Source: a virus. Taken from it: a DNA stretch of 64,000 bases. The stretch lies in IMG/VR virus record IMGVR_UViG_3300011113_000491, positions 1 through 64,000 of that record. One strand, 5' to 3'. Below are positions 32,705 through 43,493 of the stretch, one piece after another. A program made the translations under genes and the position numbers. Each line of letters starts with the position of its first letter. Within the stretch, counting starts at the first letter, position 1. The notes below the pieces were generated by a model. The model did no database searches. It was not told where the DNA came from and saw only the letters and a list, made by a program, of their open reading frames with translations.

Positions 32705-34450
32705 TTAAATCCTTGTTACTGTTATTATATTAATTGACGTATTTTCTAAATTTCCAGTTGTTCTGGGACTTACAATTTGACTAGATCTTGGTGTTCCGGT
32801 GAATTGAGTAACATGTGTCGGAATTGATACATCTTCAGGAGTTACTGTTGTAGATTCACCATCCGGTAAAATAATTGAGCTAATTCTAGAATATTGAGAT
32901 TTAATATCACCACTAACTCTTACATATTCATACGAAGCATCTTCAGAAACATTTTTAATATCTATTGTTGATATTGGTGAATAATTTTCTACAACCTCTA
33001 CTCCTGTCCAATTTGTAGGGTTTTCTAATTTCTCTTTATCACTTCCAGAGAAACCACTTTTTACAAATTTTAAAGTAGTTAAAAATGATTGAATTTCTTT
33101 TGTATATTTTGAAGATGTGGATTTACCAGCAACAGATGAAACTTCTCCTTCTTTTATTGGATTTTCAACCAATGAAAAGAAATTTATCTCTCTCGGTAAA
33201 ATTAAACTTTCATCTGCTAATTCTTGTTTTCCTAAACTAATAGAAGTCATTACGCTATTTGAATTTAATGTTTTTGCAGGATCTAAACCTAGTTTATCAA
33301 CAGGATCTAAATTTATTTGAATTTTTGAATTTATAAAGTCCTGATGATCATTCATTCCGGGTAAAAGAGATGTATCTATTGATAAACTTATGTCTTTATA
33401 ATTCTCACCCCTAGAAACAACTTTAATACCGTTTACTTGATGATTTCCGTTTGAATTTATAAATGTAGTCAATTCAATTACTGCACCATAACCTGTGAGT
33501 GATTTTATTTGTAATCTTGGATTTGCTTGTGTTGCAATCAATTCTGCTACAGTTTCTGATGATAAATCTACAAACGCTGAAACTATACATCCATCTTCAA
33601 ATCCATTATTATACCAAGTCGAATATAGTTTATAATAAACAGAATTAGGAGACAATTGACCAGTTTGAATTTGTTTTTCAATTAAATCAAATTTTGATAA
33701 TATTTCTATAGATTCTTCAACCTCTTGATTTCCATAAAAGACAGAAACAAAATCATCATCTTCATCTTCAAACAAGAAATAACACTCTCTGCACGTTAAT
33801 TCTGGTATTGATGTGTATAAATCACCTAAAGCGTATGATTCATAGCTGTTACCAGAAGTTGGTATTTCTTTTTCTTTATTTACATATACTGCACAGTTAC
33901 CAGTTGCTCCAACCACTCCATTACAAAAAGATGTACATCTATCCCAAGGAGTAGTTCCACCCAATCCCACTTCGTATTCGTCTAAACTTGGAACTGGAAT
34001 CCAGTCACTAGTTACAAATTTTTCAAGAGATGGAGTGATCTTAAAGAGGGCCAACCAACTATAACCATCGGAAAAGGAAACTTCTCCCGTCGTATGGGAT
34101 GGTTTAAATCTAGAAACAGTATCGTAACCATCTAGTCTATTGTTTGAATTATCAGATGTACAAAGATAAACGTAACCATTGTCTCGATTATAGATGTAAT
34201 AATTTTGTACGCTTGAAGAAATATTTGGCTTCCAAGGAGTATACTGAGATCCTCTATTCCATGAAATTCTAGGAACAACTGCTGAAACATCATTTCTAGA
34301 AACTTTATATGTTATTTCTGCATCTTTCCAAGCTTGCCTGAATAATTCTGAAGAATTTGGTTGCAATGAAGTTTGAGTAGTTTTTCCAAGTAAAAAATAA
34401 TTTTGATATTTTCTACCAACTTCTAGTTTGTAATCTATTGCTTTATTCAT
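32705..34450 (-). CDS. gp8: Baseplate wedge subunit
   Basis: VVPRISWNRG, YYIYNRDNGYVYLC, KPSHT, DGYSWLALFKI, KFVTSDWIPVP; synteny with gp7 and gp6. Confidence 0.85.
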   Translation of the reverse strand: MNKAIDYKLEVGRKYQNYFLLGKTTQTSLQPNSSELFRQAWKDAEITYKVSRNDVSAVVPRISWNRGSQYTPWKPNISSSVQNYYIYNRDNGYVYLCTSDNSNNRLDGYDTVSRFKPSHTTGEVSFSDGYSWLALFKITPSLEKFVTSDWIPVPSLDEYEVGLGGTTPWDRCTSFCNGVVGATGNCAVYVNKEKEIPTSGNSYESYALGDLYTSIPELTCRECYFLFEDEDDDFVSVFYGNQEVEESIEILSKFDLIEKQIQTGQLSPNSVYYKLYSTWYNNGFEDGCIVSAFVDLSSETVAELIATQANPRLQIKSLTGYGAVIELTTFINSNGNHQVNGIKVVSRGENYKDISLSIDTSLLPGMNDHQDFINSKIQINLDPVDKLGLDPAKTLNSNSVMTSISLGKQELADESLILPREINFFSLVENPIKEGEVSSVAGKSTSSKYTKEIQSFLTTLKFVKSGFSGSDKEKLENPTNWTGVEVVENYSPISTIDIKNVSEDASYEYVRVSGDIKSQYSRISSIILPDGESTTVTPEDVSIPTHVTQFTGTPRSSQIVSPRTTGNLENTSINIITVTRI

Positions 34451-34462
34451 TTTTACACCAAA

Positions 34463-35608
34463 TTAACTTGCACATGCCGCTCCGCATGTTAGTCCTGCGT
34501 TTGGACTTGTAAACCCAGAAACATAACACATGTTTATGAAGTTATCAATATTTATATCGTTAAACTTAAATCCAACTATATTCTCCGACCAATTTGGGAA
34601 AACATGAGTTGGTTTATTCCAAGGACTCGCTTCAGCACATCCCTCACAATAAGTCAATCCATACAGAGAAAAAGTAGATCCACCAAAGCTACCAACACCT
34701 ATTTGTGTGTTATATGTTGTTCCAAGTTGATATGAATGATAATTTCCGAGTATAGGAGTTTCACAAATTAATAAATCAGTATCTCCCGGTACTCCTGCTC
34801 CTGGATAATCTTCTATGTTAGTTTCTAAAAGTGCTCTTAATCCTGCTGGATGTAGAGTATTCATGAAACTAGTTTTGTATAAGTCTTGATTTATTCCAGT
34901 TTTAAGAATATATGAAAAGTCTTGAAACCAATCAGAATCTTGTATTCTGGAATCGTTTAAAGAACTTCCCCCTAAGTCTAGAGTTTCATCATACTCACCA
35001 ACTCCACCTCTAAATGTGAAATTTTCAGAGTAGAACTTACCACCATTTAATCTTAATAGATTAACTTTTGGGTAGTAAATTGAAAAGTCTTCTTCAGAAA
35101 ATTCAGGAAATAGTGTTAGAAAAAAATACTTGATAGAATCAATCGTTGTTTTCTTTTGATTAAAATTTTTGGATATACCTTTTAATAATTTTATGAATTT
35201 TTCATTAGAAATAGAACCACCATTAAATTCAAATTTAGAAGGATCTAGTCCATTTCCATAAATTTGTAAAAATCTATTCAAATATGAAGTTCTTGTTTTT
35301 TCTATATCAACAAGATCTAAAAGATTTTGAGATAAGGTGTATTGAGCACCCGATGGATTATCACAATACAACCAATCATAGTATTTTTGAAGGAAATCAA
35401 AAACCGAAACTTGTTTTGTTCCATATTCATTTTCTAATTTAACTTTTTCCTCAACTATCCAAAAAGGAACATACCGACTAATATCAAAATTGGTAGGACA
35501 TTCGAATGAAGTATCCTCAAAAAAATCTTGAGAGGATAGCAAATCAAAGAAGTTTTGTAATTCACTTCTTAAACTAGATGATTGATTTGCTAGATATGAA
35601 TAATTCAA
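34463..35608 (-). CDS. gp7: Baseplate wedge initiator-like protein (short gp7-like)
   Basis: FLQKYYDWL, KKTTIDSIKYFFLTLF, IYYPK, SRIQDSDWFQDFSY, TLHPAG. Confidence 0.7.
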   Translation of the reverse strand: MNYSYLANQSSSLRSELQNFFDLLSSQDFFEDTSFECPTNFDISRYVPFWIVEEKVKLENEYGTKQVSVFDFLQKYYDWLYCDNPSGAQYTLSQNLLDLVDIEKTRTSYLNRFLQIYGNGLDPSKFEFNGGSISNEKFIKLLKGISKNFNQKKTTIDSIKYFFLTLFPEFSEEDFSIYYPKVNLLRLNGGKFYSENFTFRGGVGEYDETLDLGGSSLNDSRIQDSDWFQDFSYILKTGINQDLYKTSFMNTLHPAGLRALLETNIEDYPGAGVPGDTDLLICETPILGNYHSYQLGTTYNTQIGVGSFGGSTFSLYGLTYCEGCAEASPWNKPTHVFPNWSENIVGFKFNDINIDNFINMCYVSGFTSPNAGLTCGAACAS

Positions 35609-37344
35609 AGTATTTTTACCTCTGAGATATAAAAGTTATTAACATTGTTATATTTTGATTGTAGTATTTTTTCATTCATTGGAATATTAATTGTGAATGA
35701 AACACTAGAAATATCTGCAAGATATATTATTCCTTGATTTATCAATATTCTACCATAATCTAAAGAAGTATCTTCTATTCCGGTTAGTGAATTAAAGCCT
35801 CTAATTTTTACAAAATTATCGAAGGAAGTGGTTGGTCCGGTTACTACTTTCAATATAATTGGTGTTCCATAAATATTTGAAAATTCAGTGCTTATGGTTG
35901 TAGAACCAATAAATGGGAATTTAAAAGGACTTCCTAAATTTATATTAGTTTCGCTACTCCTATTTAAGTCCATATTTGTTATAATATTTTTTCTATATTT
36001 TATATCAAATCTATCAGCAGATATTGAAATATCATCATATTGTTCCATTATAGAATTTGATAATTCAAATGAATCAAAGGTATAATTGAATGAATTATAT
36101 GTTATAGATTCTTGTATTTTATTTTTAACTTTTTTGATCGCTTCTAATTTTTGAGTTGGAGTCGGAGATACATTTTTATATGTGAATTTTACGTCTAGTA
36201 AAAATTCATTGTAAACGGGCGAAACATATTCCGGTAACACAGTAATTACTGAGTATTCCTTCAGATATGATATAATAGTGTTTGGATTTAAGGAATTATC
36301 TGCTATTGATACAAAGACTCTACCATACCTTGGGGGCTGTAGTTCATCGCCTCCAAAAATTGAAATTTGGTCAACGGAATCTATTAGTTTAGAATCCAGT
36401 AATAATCCCATATAATCAGATTTCGTAACGGCTCTACCTTGTGAAGAAAACCATTTTGGTGCTAAAAATTTAATTAAATTAATGTTTGGTTGATCTAGTC
36501 CGCCCCTAGACTCATTGCACTCATCACAAGACACCCCTACATTTAAGTTTCCGGGAGTATATGCTACAGGTGTTCCTGCTCTAAACTGATATATGTTATT
36601 TCCCTTAACTCCAGATGAAACCATATATCTTATCTCTAGCGCATCTCCATCCTCAATGGAAACACCCAAACTATTTTCAATTCCAAATTGAACTATAAAT
36701 CCACCAGTGCTTAGTCTTTCTACAAAATATATTTTATCATCTACTCTGAATGGAGTTCCTATGTTTCCAGATAAAGACCAAATTTCTGAATTTACCTTTA
36801 CTTGAATTGTAGATATATCAATATTTTCGTTTACTATTAAATATCTTTGTTTTTCAAAATCAAAGGAACTTATCGCAGATGTATCGTTTACTAACTGTCC
36901 TTCTGTTACTTCTATGACAACATCGCTGTCGTTCACTACTCCAGAATTTAAATTTCTAAAAACATATTCTATGCCATCTTCGTTTATTCCATAAAAATAT
37001 TCAAGTTCTGGAAATGAAGAATTATCTGCTTGATTTATACCTGTTACTTGTATAGTTGCCCTAGCAGATCTTTTGCCAGGAACGGTATATCCTAATGGTT
37101 TTGCTAAAGATATTATAGAATCTAATCTTTGTGCAGAATCTAAAAACATTTCACTTGATACCATGTTCATGTAATATGCATAGTAAAAAGTATTATATGC
37201 TAGTAAATCCACCAAAGCTCTAATAGCAGAGCCCTCGTAGTTGTAATCTTTAATTATGCTTTGATTTCGTAAATATTCAATTAAACTGCTTTTAATATCT
37301 TCAAAGTCTAGATTCCCAAGTACATTTGTTGGCGTATTTGCCAT
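35605..37344 (-). CDS. gp6: Baseplate wedge subunit
   Basis: LDFEDIKSSL, DYNYEGS, DLLAYNT, EMFLDSA, APKWFSSQGRAVTKSDY, PPRYGRVFVS. Confidence 0.93.
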   Translation of the reverse strand: MANTPTNVLGNLDFEDIKSSLIEYLRNQSIIKDYNYEGSAIRALVDLLAYNTFYYAYYMNMVSSEMFLDSAQRLDSIISLAKPLGYTVPGKRSARATIQVTGINQADNSSFPELEYFYGINEDGIEYVFRNLNSGVVNDSDVVIEVTEGQLVNDTSAISSFDFEKQRYLIVNENIDISTIQVKVNSEIWSLSGNIGTPFRVDDKIYFVERLSTGGFIVQFGIENSLGVSIEDGDALEIRYMVSSGVKGNNIYQFRAGTPVAYTPGNLNVGVSCDECNESRGGLDQPNINLIKFLAPKWFSSQGRAVTKSDYMGLLLDSKLIDSVDQISIFGGDELQPPRYGRVFVSIADNSLNPNTIISYLKEYSVITVLPEYVSPVYNEFLLDVKFTYKNVSPTPTQKLEAIKKVKNKIQESITYNSFNYTFDSFELSNSIMEQYDDISISADRFDIKYRKNIITNMDLNRSSETNINLGSPFKFPFIGSTTISTEFSNIYGTPIILKVVTGPTTSFDNFVKIRGFNSLTGIEDTSLDYGRILINQGIIYLADISSVSFTINIPMNEKILQSKYNNVNNFYISEVKIL

Positions 37345-37745
37345 TATCTGTTCCTCTCTACGCTAATTGTTACGGTTTGAATTGCTCTGGTATTTACATT
37401 TTGATATGTTAAATCTATTAGTAAAATTCTAGGATTGTTTGTATCTAGATTGAAATCAACTTCCATCACCTGTATTCTGGGTTCAAATCTATTAACTGCT
37501 GCTTGTAGATCTATTTTATACGGTGTCAATCTAACATCTTCATTGTTTATATTTTCAAATAACAAATCGTAAAAAACAGTACCAAAATCAAATTTAAAAG
37601 GTTTTTCTCCAAGTCTAGTCAATACTATATTGATTATAGACTGTCTAATTGCATTACCGTCTTTCTTTAAACTCAAATCGTTGGTAAATGAGTTTTTTGA
37701 AAAGAAAAATGGTATGTCGGAGAAAATATTCTTAGTTATTTGCAT
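37344..37745 (-). CDS. gp25: Baseplate wedge subunit / sheath initiator
   Basis: AIRQSIINIVLTRLGEKPF..DFG...LLFEN, RFEPRI; start moved to MQITK just after a TATAAATA. Confidence 0.9.
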   Translation of the reverse strand: MQITKNIFSDIPFFFSKNSFTNDLSLKKDGNAIRQSIINIVLTRLGEKPFKFDFGTVFYDLLFENINNEDVRLTPYKIDLQAAVNRFEPRIQVMEVDFNLDTNNPRILLIDLTYQNVNTRAIQTVTISVERNR

Positions 37746-37750
37746 GGCTT

Positions 37751-37758
37751 TATTTATA
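37751..37758 (-). promoter_or_regulatory. Late promoter TATAAATA for gp25
   Basis: Exact consensus, 5 nt upstream of ATG. Confidence 0.75.
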
Positions 37759-37759
37759 G

Positions 37760-40700
37760 TTAAAATAAGTAAGATAATAATTTTTCTAAAGCAGTTGTAG
37801 TATAATCTGGTGACACCGGCAACGTATCTCGTATCAAAGTTAAATCTTGAGTGCAATTTGAATCTTTATAGAAACTCATATTGATTTCAGATATCAACCA
37901 CCTTCCGTGGAGATTCTTTTCAGATACTGCCATATTTGGGTCAGGATTTAGTTGTTTTATCTTTATAATATCTCCTACCTTTACTACACTTGTTGGTGGA
38001 ATTGATATTGTTATTTGCTGTGCTCCTATTTGTGATATTAGTGCTTTTCTAATCAACGGAGTGGCATCTGGAGTATCCCAGAAAGTAGCGTATGTTCTGC
38101 TATATTCTAGATATTCTTTAAATTTTTCTCCTTGATTTGGACAATCGCAACTACATGGATTTGTTGGGTCGCTCCAAAGACAACCAATATACTCTTCTCC
38201 CAATACACTTTCAATTAAATCACATTCTTTAATATCTAAATATTTTTTAAACAACTCTAGGTAACTTGGTTCTGGTTCATCTGGTATATGCTCTTGTGCT
38301 GGACAATTGCAATATGGATTTTCTGGACCACACTCATCATTTGAAATATAACCATCTGGATTTGCACATTTTAGTTTTCCACAGATATTTGGAATTTGTC
38401 TAGAGAATACCACAAATTGTGCAGAAAAATTGTCATCAAACACATCATGATTTGGTGACATTGTTTTTGGAGAAACCAAACCATAATCAGTTTCTCCAGT
38501 CAAATCATACTTCCAAACATCTTCAGGAATCAGACTTGGACGATATAACATAAAGTCCCCAAACATCCAATGCATTGTTGTTTTATGAAAGTAAGCATTT
38601 AATGCACCAAGTGAATTTGGAGAATGAACCTCTGCATGATTTGCTAGTGGTAAATTATTAGTATTTGAAAGAACACTAAGAAGCTTCAATCCAAAACTTT
38701 CTACAAACGACTTTCCTGCTGGAGTTAGACGCAACCATCTATCCACTTCATCCCCATACCACCAGTAGTAATCTTTATATTTGTGTGCAAAAATATCACC
38801 CAACACTCCACTACTTTCTCCATCAATTTCCGCAAACTTAGTAGAAAGCATATGGAACAACTTTTGTGGTATGAAGATGTTCTTTGGAATATGGAAAGAC
38901 CACCAAGATCTATGTGGTTTTACTTTTCTATGCGAGTATTGTAAATATCCACTAGCGTGGGCACTTTCTTTATATTCTGGATCAACATCCGCAGATCTTG
39001 TATACCAATCGTAATTATTATTACCTTTTTGTAATAGATCTACATCCGCATCTCCATGATACCATGATGATTTCCACCACCATCCCTTTGGATCTGCTGC
39101 ATAATATGGGAAAGTGGTTTCAAAACCAACTTCTGGCCACAATTCCATTCCATTATTTGTTAATGATGTATCATTTAGATTTCTATATTCATCCCACCAT
39201 CCATATTGCTTTTCCGTTTCCTCATCATCGACTTTTGATTTCTTAACTGCCACATCGAATCCATAAGGATCCATTCCTATTACTGCTACATTATTTCTAA
39301 TGGTTTGTCTGCCAGTTGGACCCGGTGTCAACGATACCAAGTAAGGTAGGAAATATTCAGTTCCTGCGTCTCTAATAAATCCATCGGGGAAATCTACAAT
39401 TCTATCTAACCCAATTGGTTTAGTAAATTCAATTCTAACGTAAGAACTTAATTGCTCTTTCTTTAAATTTGGTGGTATAGATTGTGGATTTATATTGAAC
39501 AAATTAAAAGTATTTTGGAAAGATTGACTCGTGACTGATGCCGGTATGTCCGTTTGAGTATTGCTAATTTCTAAAAATGAACTACTAAACCCGCTACCGA
39601 TCATTTGTTGATGTGGTATACTGAGATAACCACTCAATTCGATATTTGAGTTTTCCCCGCAAGTTGGAGCAAACTCTGAAACAAATGGGAAGTTATTTAA
39701 TTTGTTAACATCTTCGTTGTAATTATATGTCTTGAATAATTGTCTTTGAGATACAAATCTAGTTTGATATTTCTGTGAATAGTATGGATGGTTTGTTCCT
39801 TGAGTTTCATTGGTTGTATTATTCCAGAAGAAGTTATATAACCACTCTCCTATCTCACCCCCGGTTATTCCTTTGTTCTTTGCTAATAATTCGTATCTAC
39901 TACCTCTTATTTGTTTTTTCTTTATCGATTTAATATTAAATAAAGATTTTTTAGAAGCAGTTATAGGTTGAGCTCTTCCTCCATCTATACTTCCTTCAAT
40001 TTCTGTGCTGATATCAGTAAATACATTTTTTCCGGGGATCTTGGAATAGAAGAATGCCTTTCTGTTCCACCACTCTTGGTAGTTTTCGTTGAATTTTGTT
40101 ATAAATTCACTAGCAAAAATATCTCTTGCATATATGAGTAAAGATTTTTCTGCATTTAGAATTTTCAATTCTTCTATTGCTCTTCTTTTTTCTACTTCAA
40201 GATATAAAGGATTAAAGCATAAGGTGTTATAGCAATCTCCATTTTCTAAGCATCTTCTTGTAGTTTCTGGATCTCCATTCGGACCTATGTAATCATCTAT
40301 ATCTGTAAATGCAGAAGATCCACCCGGTTCGAATCTATATTCGTTATACCACCTACCTTCAGTACCAATATACTGAACTAAAGTTTTCATAAACTTATTT
40401 TTAGAACACAAAGAAGCCCATTGTGGCAATGGAGAATATGTAGTTGCCTGTTCTAATGTACAATTGCAGCAATTAGAATCGTCAAATTCTATATCCAATG
40501 CACTAGTAGAAAAGTTATTACACTTTATACATTTACCTTGAGGCAAAGTGATAAGCGGAACTCTTCCCAATCCATCAACATAATTAAATCCAATACAAGA
40601 CGCAGGCTCTCTATTAAATACACTACCAGTTAATGTATCTGTGCATCCTTGTCTTAGACATGCAGTAGTCCCCTCTTGACATAGATTGTAATTTCCTGTG

Positions 40701-43492
40701 GGCCCAGTTATTGAGCAATTGTTTATAGCATCACAAGAAAGACCTCTAAACCAAGTGGTTCTATTTGGTTCTCCAAATATTTCTATTGCATAAGAGTAGC
40801 AGTCATCAAAGGTTGAATTGTCTGTACATGAACAATTATCGCCACTTAATTGATTCAAAATTCCACAGTCTTTACAACAAGCACCAGTTGTAGTTGTACT
40901 TCCAAAGCATATTGCATAATAATTAGCAATTTGTTCTGGTGTTGGATTAGATCCTAAAGATACTAGTGAATTTGAGGGAGCGGAAGAAGATTGTTCCAAT
41001 AATGGACAAACTTTACAAGTATCTCCCTGTGAACCTATTGAGGGATTGTCGTTGCATCCACAGAGTTCTAGTCCATTCCACAAAGTTGGTTCGTTGTTTG
41101 TATTACAGGGCGGAACTTCCTCTCCACCCCCGCCACCGCCACCACCTCCTGCTCCTCCACCACTACCACAAGGACCATTTCCAGCATCACTCCAAACATT
41201 ACCAACATTTTCACATGATTGTTCATACAATTCAGAAAGAGTAGAACATGGTGGATAATTAGGATTTGCATCGTAGCAACATGCATTGATGCACCCATTT
41301 TGACCTCCACTGCATGTTCCCATGAATGTATATTCTGGAGGACACGGTCCGCCGTCACCACCGGAACTACCAGCAAGCAACATAGATCTAAATGCCACTT
41401 CTGCTTGAGATCCTATTGGAGTTGTTTCGTTTTCAAGTGGTTCACAACAGTCTAAAATTCTGCTGTTAATCCAATTATCAGCTTCTGTAATATATGAATC
41501 AACTGCACTTAAGAAAGCATTTGCTTCAAGTATTTTACCGTCAATTTTTGAAATTTCTTTATCGTATTGATTTGTTCCTCTGGTCAAAACTCCAGAAACA
41601 TAGTCTGGAATTTCGTTTTTCATATTGTAAAATTGACCAATAGTAGAAGCATACCAATCGTTTGGAGTATAGTCGTTGGGAGAAACGCCCTCTGGAATTT
41701 GATAATTCAAATTATCTAAATTTACAGATAGTGTTAGGCCGTGTTGTATTTCTTCATCTTTAGAATCATAGTCTATTACATCAGTAAAGGATCCAGCTGC
41801 TACTATTTTATATTCTTGCTGAGAGTCAGAGAATATACCTTCCTTACCAAATAGGAATGCATATTCTACAGCAGTTTCTGCAAGATTTGCAATTAAGGCT
41901 AGAGGATTAAAAAATGTAAGAATGTCTTCTACATTACCAAATGTATTTTCTGCACAACAGACCACACATCTATAAACTTCCCATTGTCTCTTTAAATTCT
42001 TAAGTCTTACAAATTCTTTTCTTTTTTCCTTTAGAGGTATTCTGATTTTTTTGTAAATATTATATAGTGTTTTGATTTCTAATTCTGTACTGTCAAATTG
42101 GGGTTGCCATGTGTTGTTTGTCCATCGAGAATCTTTTTCTCTATCTAAGTAATCCCACCAAACCACTTCTTGATCTTGCTGAGTATCTTTTGATAATGGA
42201 GGATTACTTGCAAAAGGAGTATTATATGTTTTTGTTTCATAAAATCCATATATGTTATCTTTTAGTAAAGTAGCAGGCTTTGGTACTTTTTCTTGATTTA
42301 ACAATGAAACTTTAATGGGATCAGTATCAACAGTATCAGATATTAGTTTATATTCTTCGACATGTGATATATCGGAAAAATCACGGTGATAGTTGTAATC
42401 AACAACACTATATGTAAATCCTGATTTACTGCTTAAGAAGTCGGAATATACATTTGAATAATCTGGTTTTATTCTCACATAGTGAGACATGAATGCATTA
42501 TCTTGAAACAAAGATAATTGATCATTTTGTTTTATAACTCGAATAGAAATGATTCTCTTCTTATCGGCAAGGTCGTCGCTATTTAAATCTAATTCAATCT
42601 TTTCTGAACCATTTGATTTTAAAATACTCTCTAATGATTTAAAGTGCCACCCATCACGATCTTTCCAGAAGAAAAAGTTTGGTGCTCTTGTATTATCCTT
42701 TGGTAAAGCATAATTCGTTATGTATGTCATCAACTTAGGAACACTAATTTGACCTTGTGCAACACCGGATGGAAATGATATTTCTGAACTTTTTAACCAT
42801 ATCCCATTTTTAGTTCCTTCAATTTCAATCGGAGATAGATTTAATTTTTCTGCTATTACATTTACTAGTCCGGGAATTTCGTCTCTTTGCTCAAAGGCTA
42901 CATTTGCAGCGAAAGATGCAATTCCACCTCCACCTTGTTGTAATAATCCAATAGCAGAATCAAAAATGGATGTTTCTTTTGCAATGTAACCAACAAAATC
43001 TTCATCAAATTCTAATAAAGATTTATTGAAAACATTATTAAATATCTCTTCAGATATAAACTCTAGTCTATAGACTATGACCTTTTCTTCAGTTGTATCT
43101 TTTATAGAAGCATATGATGCAAAATTGTTTATTATTTTTTGTGAGCAAACAAAGAATTGTAGAGTTACAGTTTCTTCTGTATCATAGAATCCAAATTCTA
43201 TTGTTAATAATTCACTTCCGTTTAAATTTAGTTGACCTATCCAATTGTCTTTATCGATTACATCAATATGACCATACATGAATGGAGAAAATATATTTTC
43301 ATGTATTGATATGCTTAGTAGTTTACTTTCCCCACTCCCTACTGTATCTGGACTTACAATTTCAAAGGAATTATTAATAATCCAATTACTTTTATCCTCC
43401 ATATAGTTAAGAAGTTTATCAATCTTAACGGATACTAGGAACGAAGTTAAAGGTGATGGAGAACTATCTGCTTTTTGATTTATATCAGTCAT
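37760..43492 (-). CDS. Baseplate hub (gp27/GpD-like) protein with large Cys-rich insertion
   Basis: 1910 aa; N-terminal ISIHENIFSPFMYGHIDVID, NFFFWKDRDGWHFKSLESI; C-terminal VKVGDIIKI...GRWLISEI...LTLIRD; lies between gp53 and gp25. Confidence 0.7.
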   Translation of the reverse strand: MTDINQKADSSPSPLTSFLVSVKIDKLLNYMEDKSNWIINNSFEIVSPDTVGSGESKLLSISIHENIFSPFMYGHIDVIDKDNWIGQLNLNGSELLTIEFGFYDTEETVTLQFFVCSQKIINNFASYASIKDTTEEKVIVYRLEFISEEIFNNVFNKSLLEFDEDFVGYIAKETSIFDSAIGLLQQGGGGIASFAANVAFEQRDEIPGLVNVIAEKLNLSPIEIEGTKNGIWLKSSEISFPSGVAQGQISVPKLMTYITNYALPKDNTRAPNFFFWKDRDGWHFKSLESILKSNGSEKIELDLNSDDLADKKRIISIRVIKQNDQLSLFQDNAFMSHYVRIKPDYSNVYSDFLSSKSGFTYSVVDYNYHRDFSDISHVEEYKLISDTVDTDPIKVSLLNQEKVPKPATLLKDNIYGFYETKTYNTPFASNPPLSKDTQQDQEVVWWDYLDREKDSRWTNNTWQPQFDSTELEIKTLYNIYKKIRIPLKEKRKEFVRLKNLKRQWEVYRCVVCCAENTFGNVEDILTFFNPLALIANLAETAVEYAFLFGKEGIFSDSQQEYKIVAAGSFTDVIDYDSKDEEIQHGLTLSVNLDNLNYQIPEGVSPNDYTPNDWYASTIGQFYNMKNEIPDYVSGVLTRGTNQYDKEISKIDGKILEANAFLSAVDSYITEADNWINSRILDCCEPLENETTPIGSQAEVAFRSMLLAGSSGGDGGPCPPEYTFMGTCSGGQNGCINACCYDANPNYPPCSTLSELYEQSCENVGNVWSDAGNGPCGSGGGAGGGGGGGGGEEVPPCNTNNEPTLWNGLELCGCNDNPSIGSQGDTCKVCPLLEQSSSAPSNSLVSLGSNPTPEQIANYYAICFGSTTTTGACCKDCGILNQLSGDNCSCTDNSTFDDCYSYAIEIFGEPNRTTWFRGLSCDAINNCSITGPTGNYNLCQEGTTACLRQGCTDTLTGSVFNREPASCIGFNYVDGLGRVPLITLPQGKCIKCNNFSTSALDIEFDDSNCCNCTLEQATTYSPLPQWASLCSKNKFMKTLVQYIGTEGRWYNEYRFEPGGSSAFTDIDDYIGPNGDPETTRRCLENGDCYNTLCFNPLYLEVEKRRAIEELKILNAEKSLLIYARDIFASEFITKFNENYQEWWNRKAFFYSKIPGKNVFTDISTEIEGSIDGGRAQPITASKKSLFNIKSIKKKQIRGSRYELLAKNKGITGGEIGEWLYNFFWNNTTNETQGTNHPYYSQKYQTRFVSQRQLFKTYNYNEDVNKLNNFPFVSEFAPTCGENSNIELSGYLSIPHQQMIGSGFSSSFLEISNTQTDIPASVTSQSFQNTFNLFNINPQSIPPNLKKEQLSSYVRIEFTKPIGLDRIVDFPDGFIRDAGTEYFLPYLVSLTPGPTGRQTIRNNVAVIGMDPYGFDVAVKKSKVDDEETEKQYGWWDEYRNLNDTSLTNNGMELWPEVGFETTFPYYAADPKGWWWKSSWYHGDADVDLLQKGNNNYDWYTRSADVDPEYKESAHASGYLQYSHRKVKPHRSWWSFHIPKNIFIPQKLFHMLSTKFAEIDGESSGVLGDIFAHKYKDYYWWYGDEVDRWLRLTPAGKSFVESFGLKLLSVLSNTNNLPLANHAEVHSPNSLGALNAYFHKTTMHWMFGDFMLYRPSLIPEDVWKYDLTGETDYGLVSPKTMSPNHDVFDDNFSAQFVVFSRQIPNICGKLKCANPDGYISNDECGPENPYCNCPAQEHIPDEPEPSYLELFKKYLDIKECDLIESVLGEEYIGCLWSDPTNPCSCDCPNQGEKFKEYLEYSRTYATFWDTPDATPLIRKALISQIGAQQITISIPPTSVVKVGDIIKIKQLNPDPNMAVSEKNLHGRWLISEINMSFYKDSNCTQDLTLIRDTLPVSPDYTTTALEKLLSYLF

Positions 43493-43493
43493 T

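Noticed and set aside
37746-37856. N-terminal extension of gp25 in the ORF track
   Set aside because: Overlaps the hub gene; the late promoter supports the ATG at 37745
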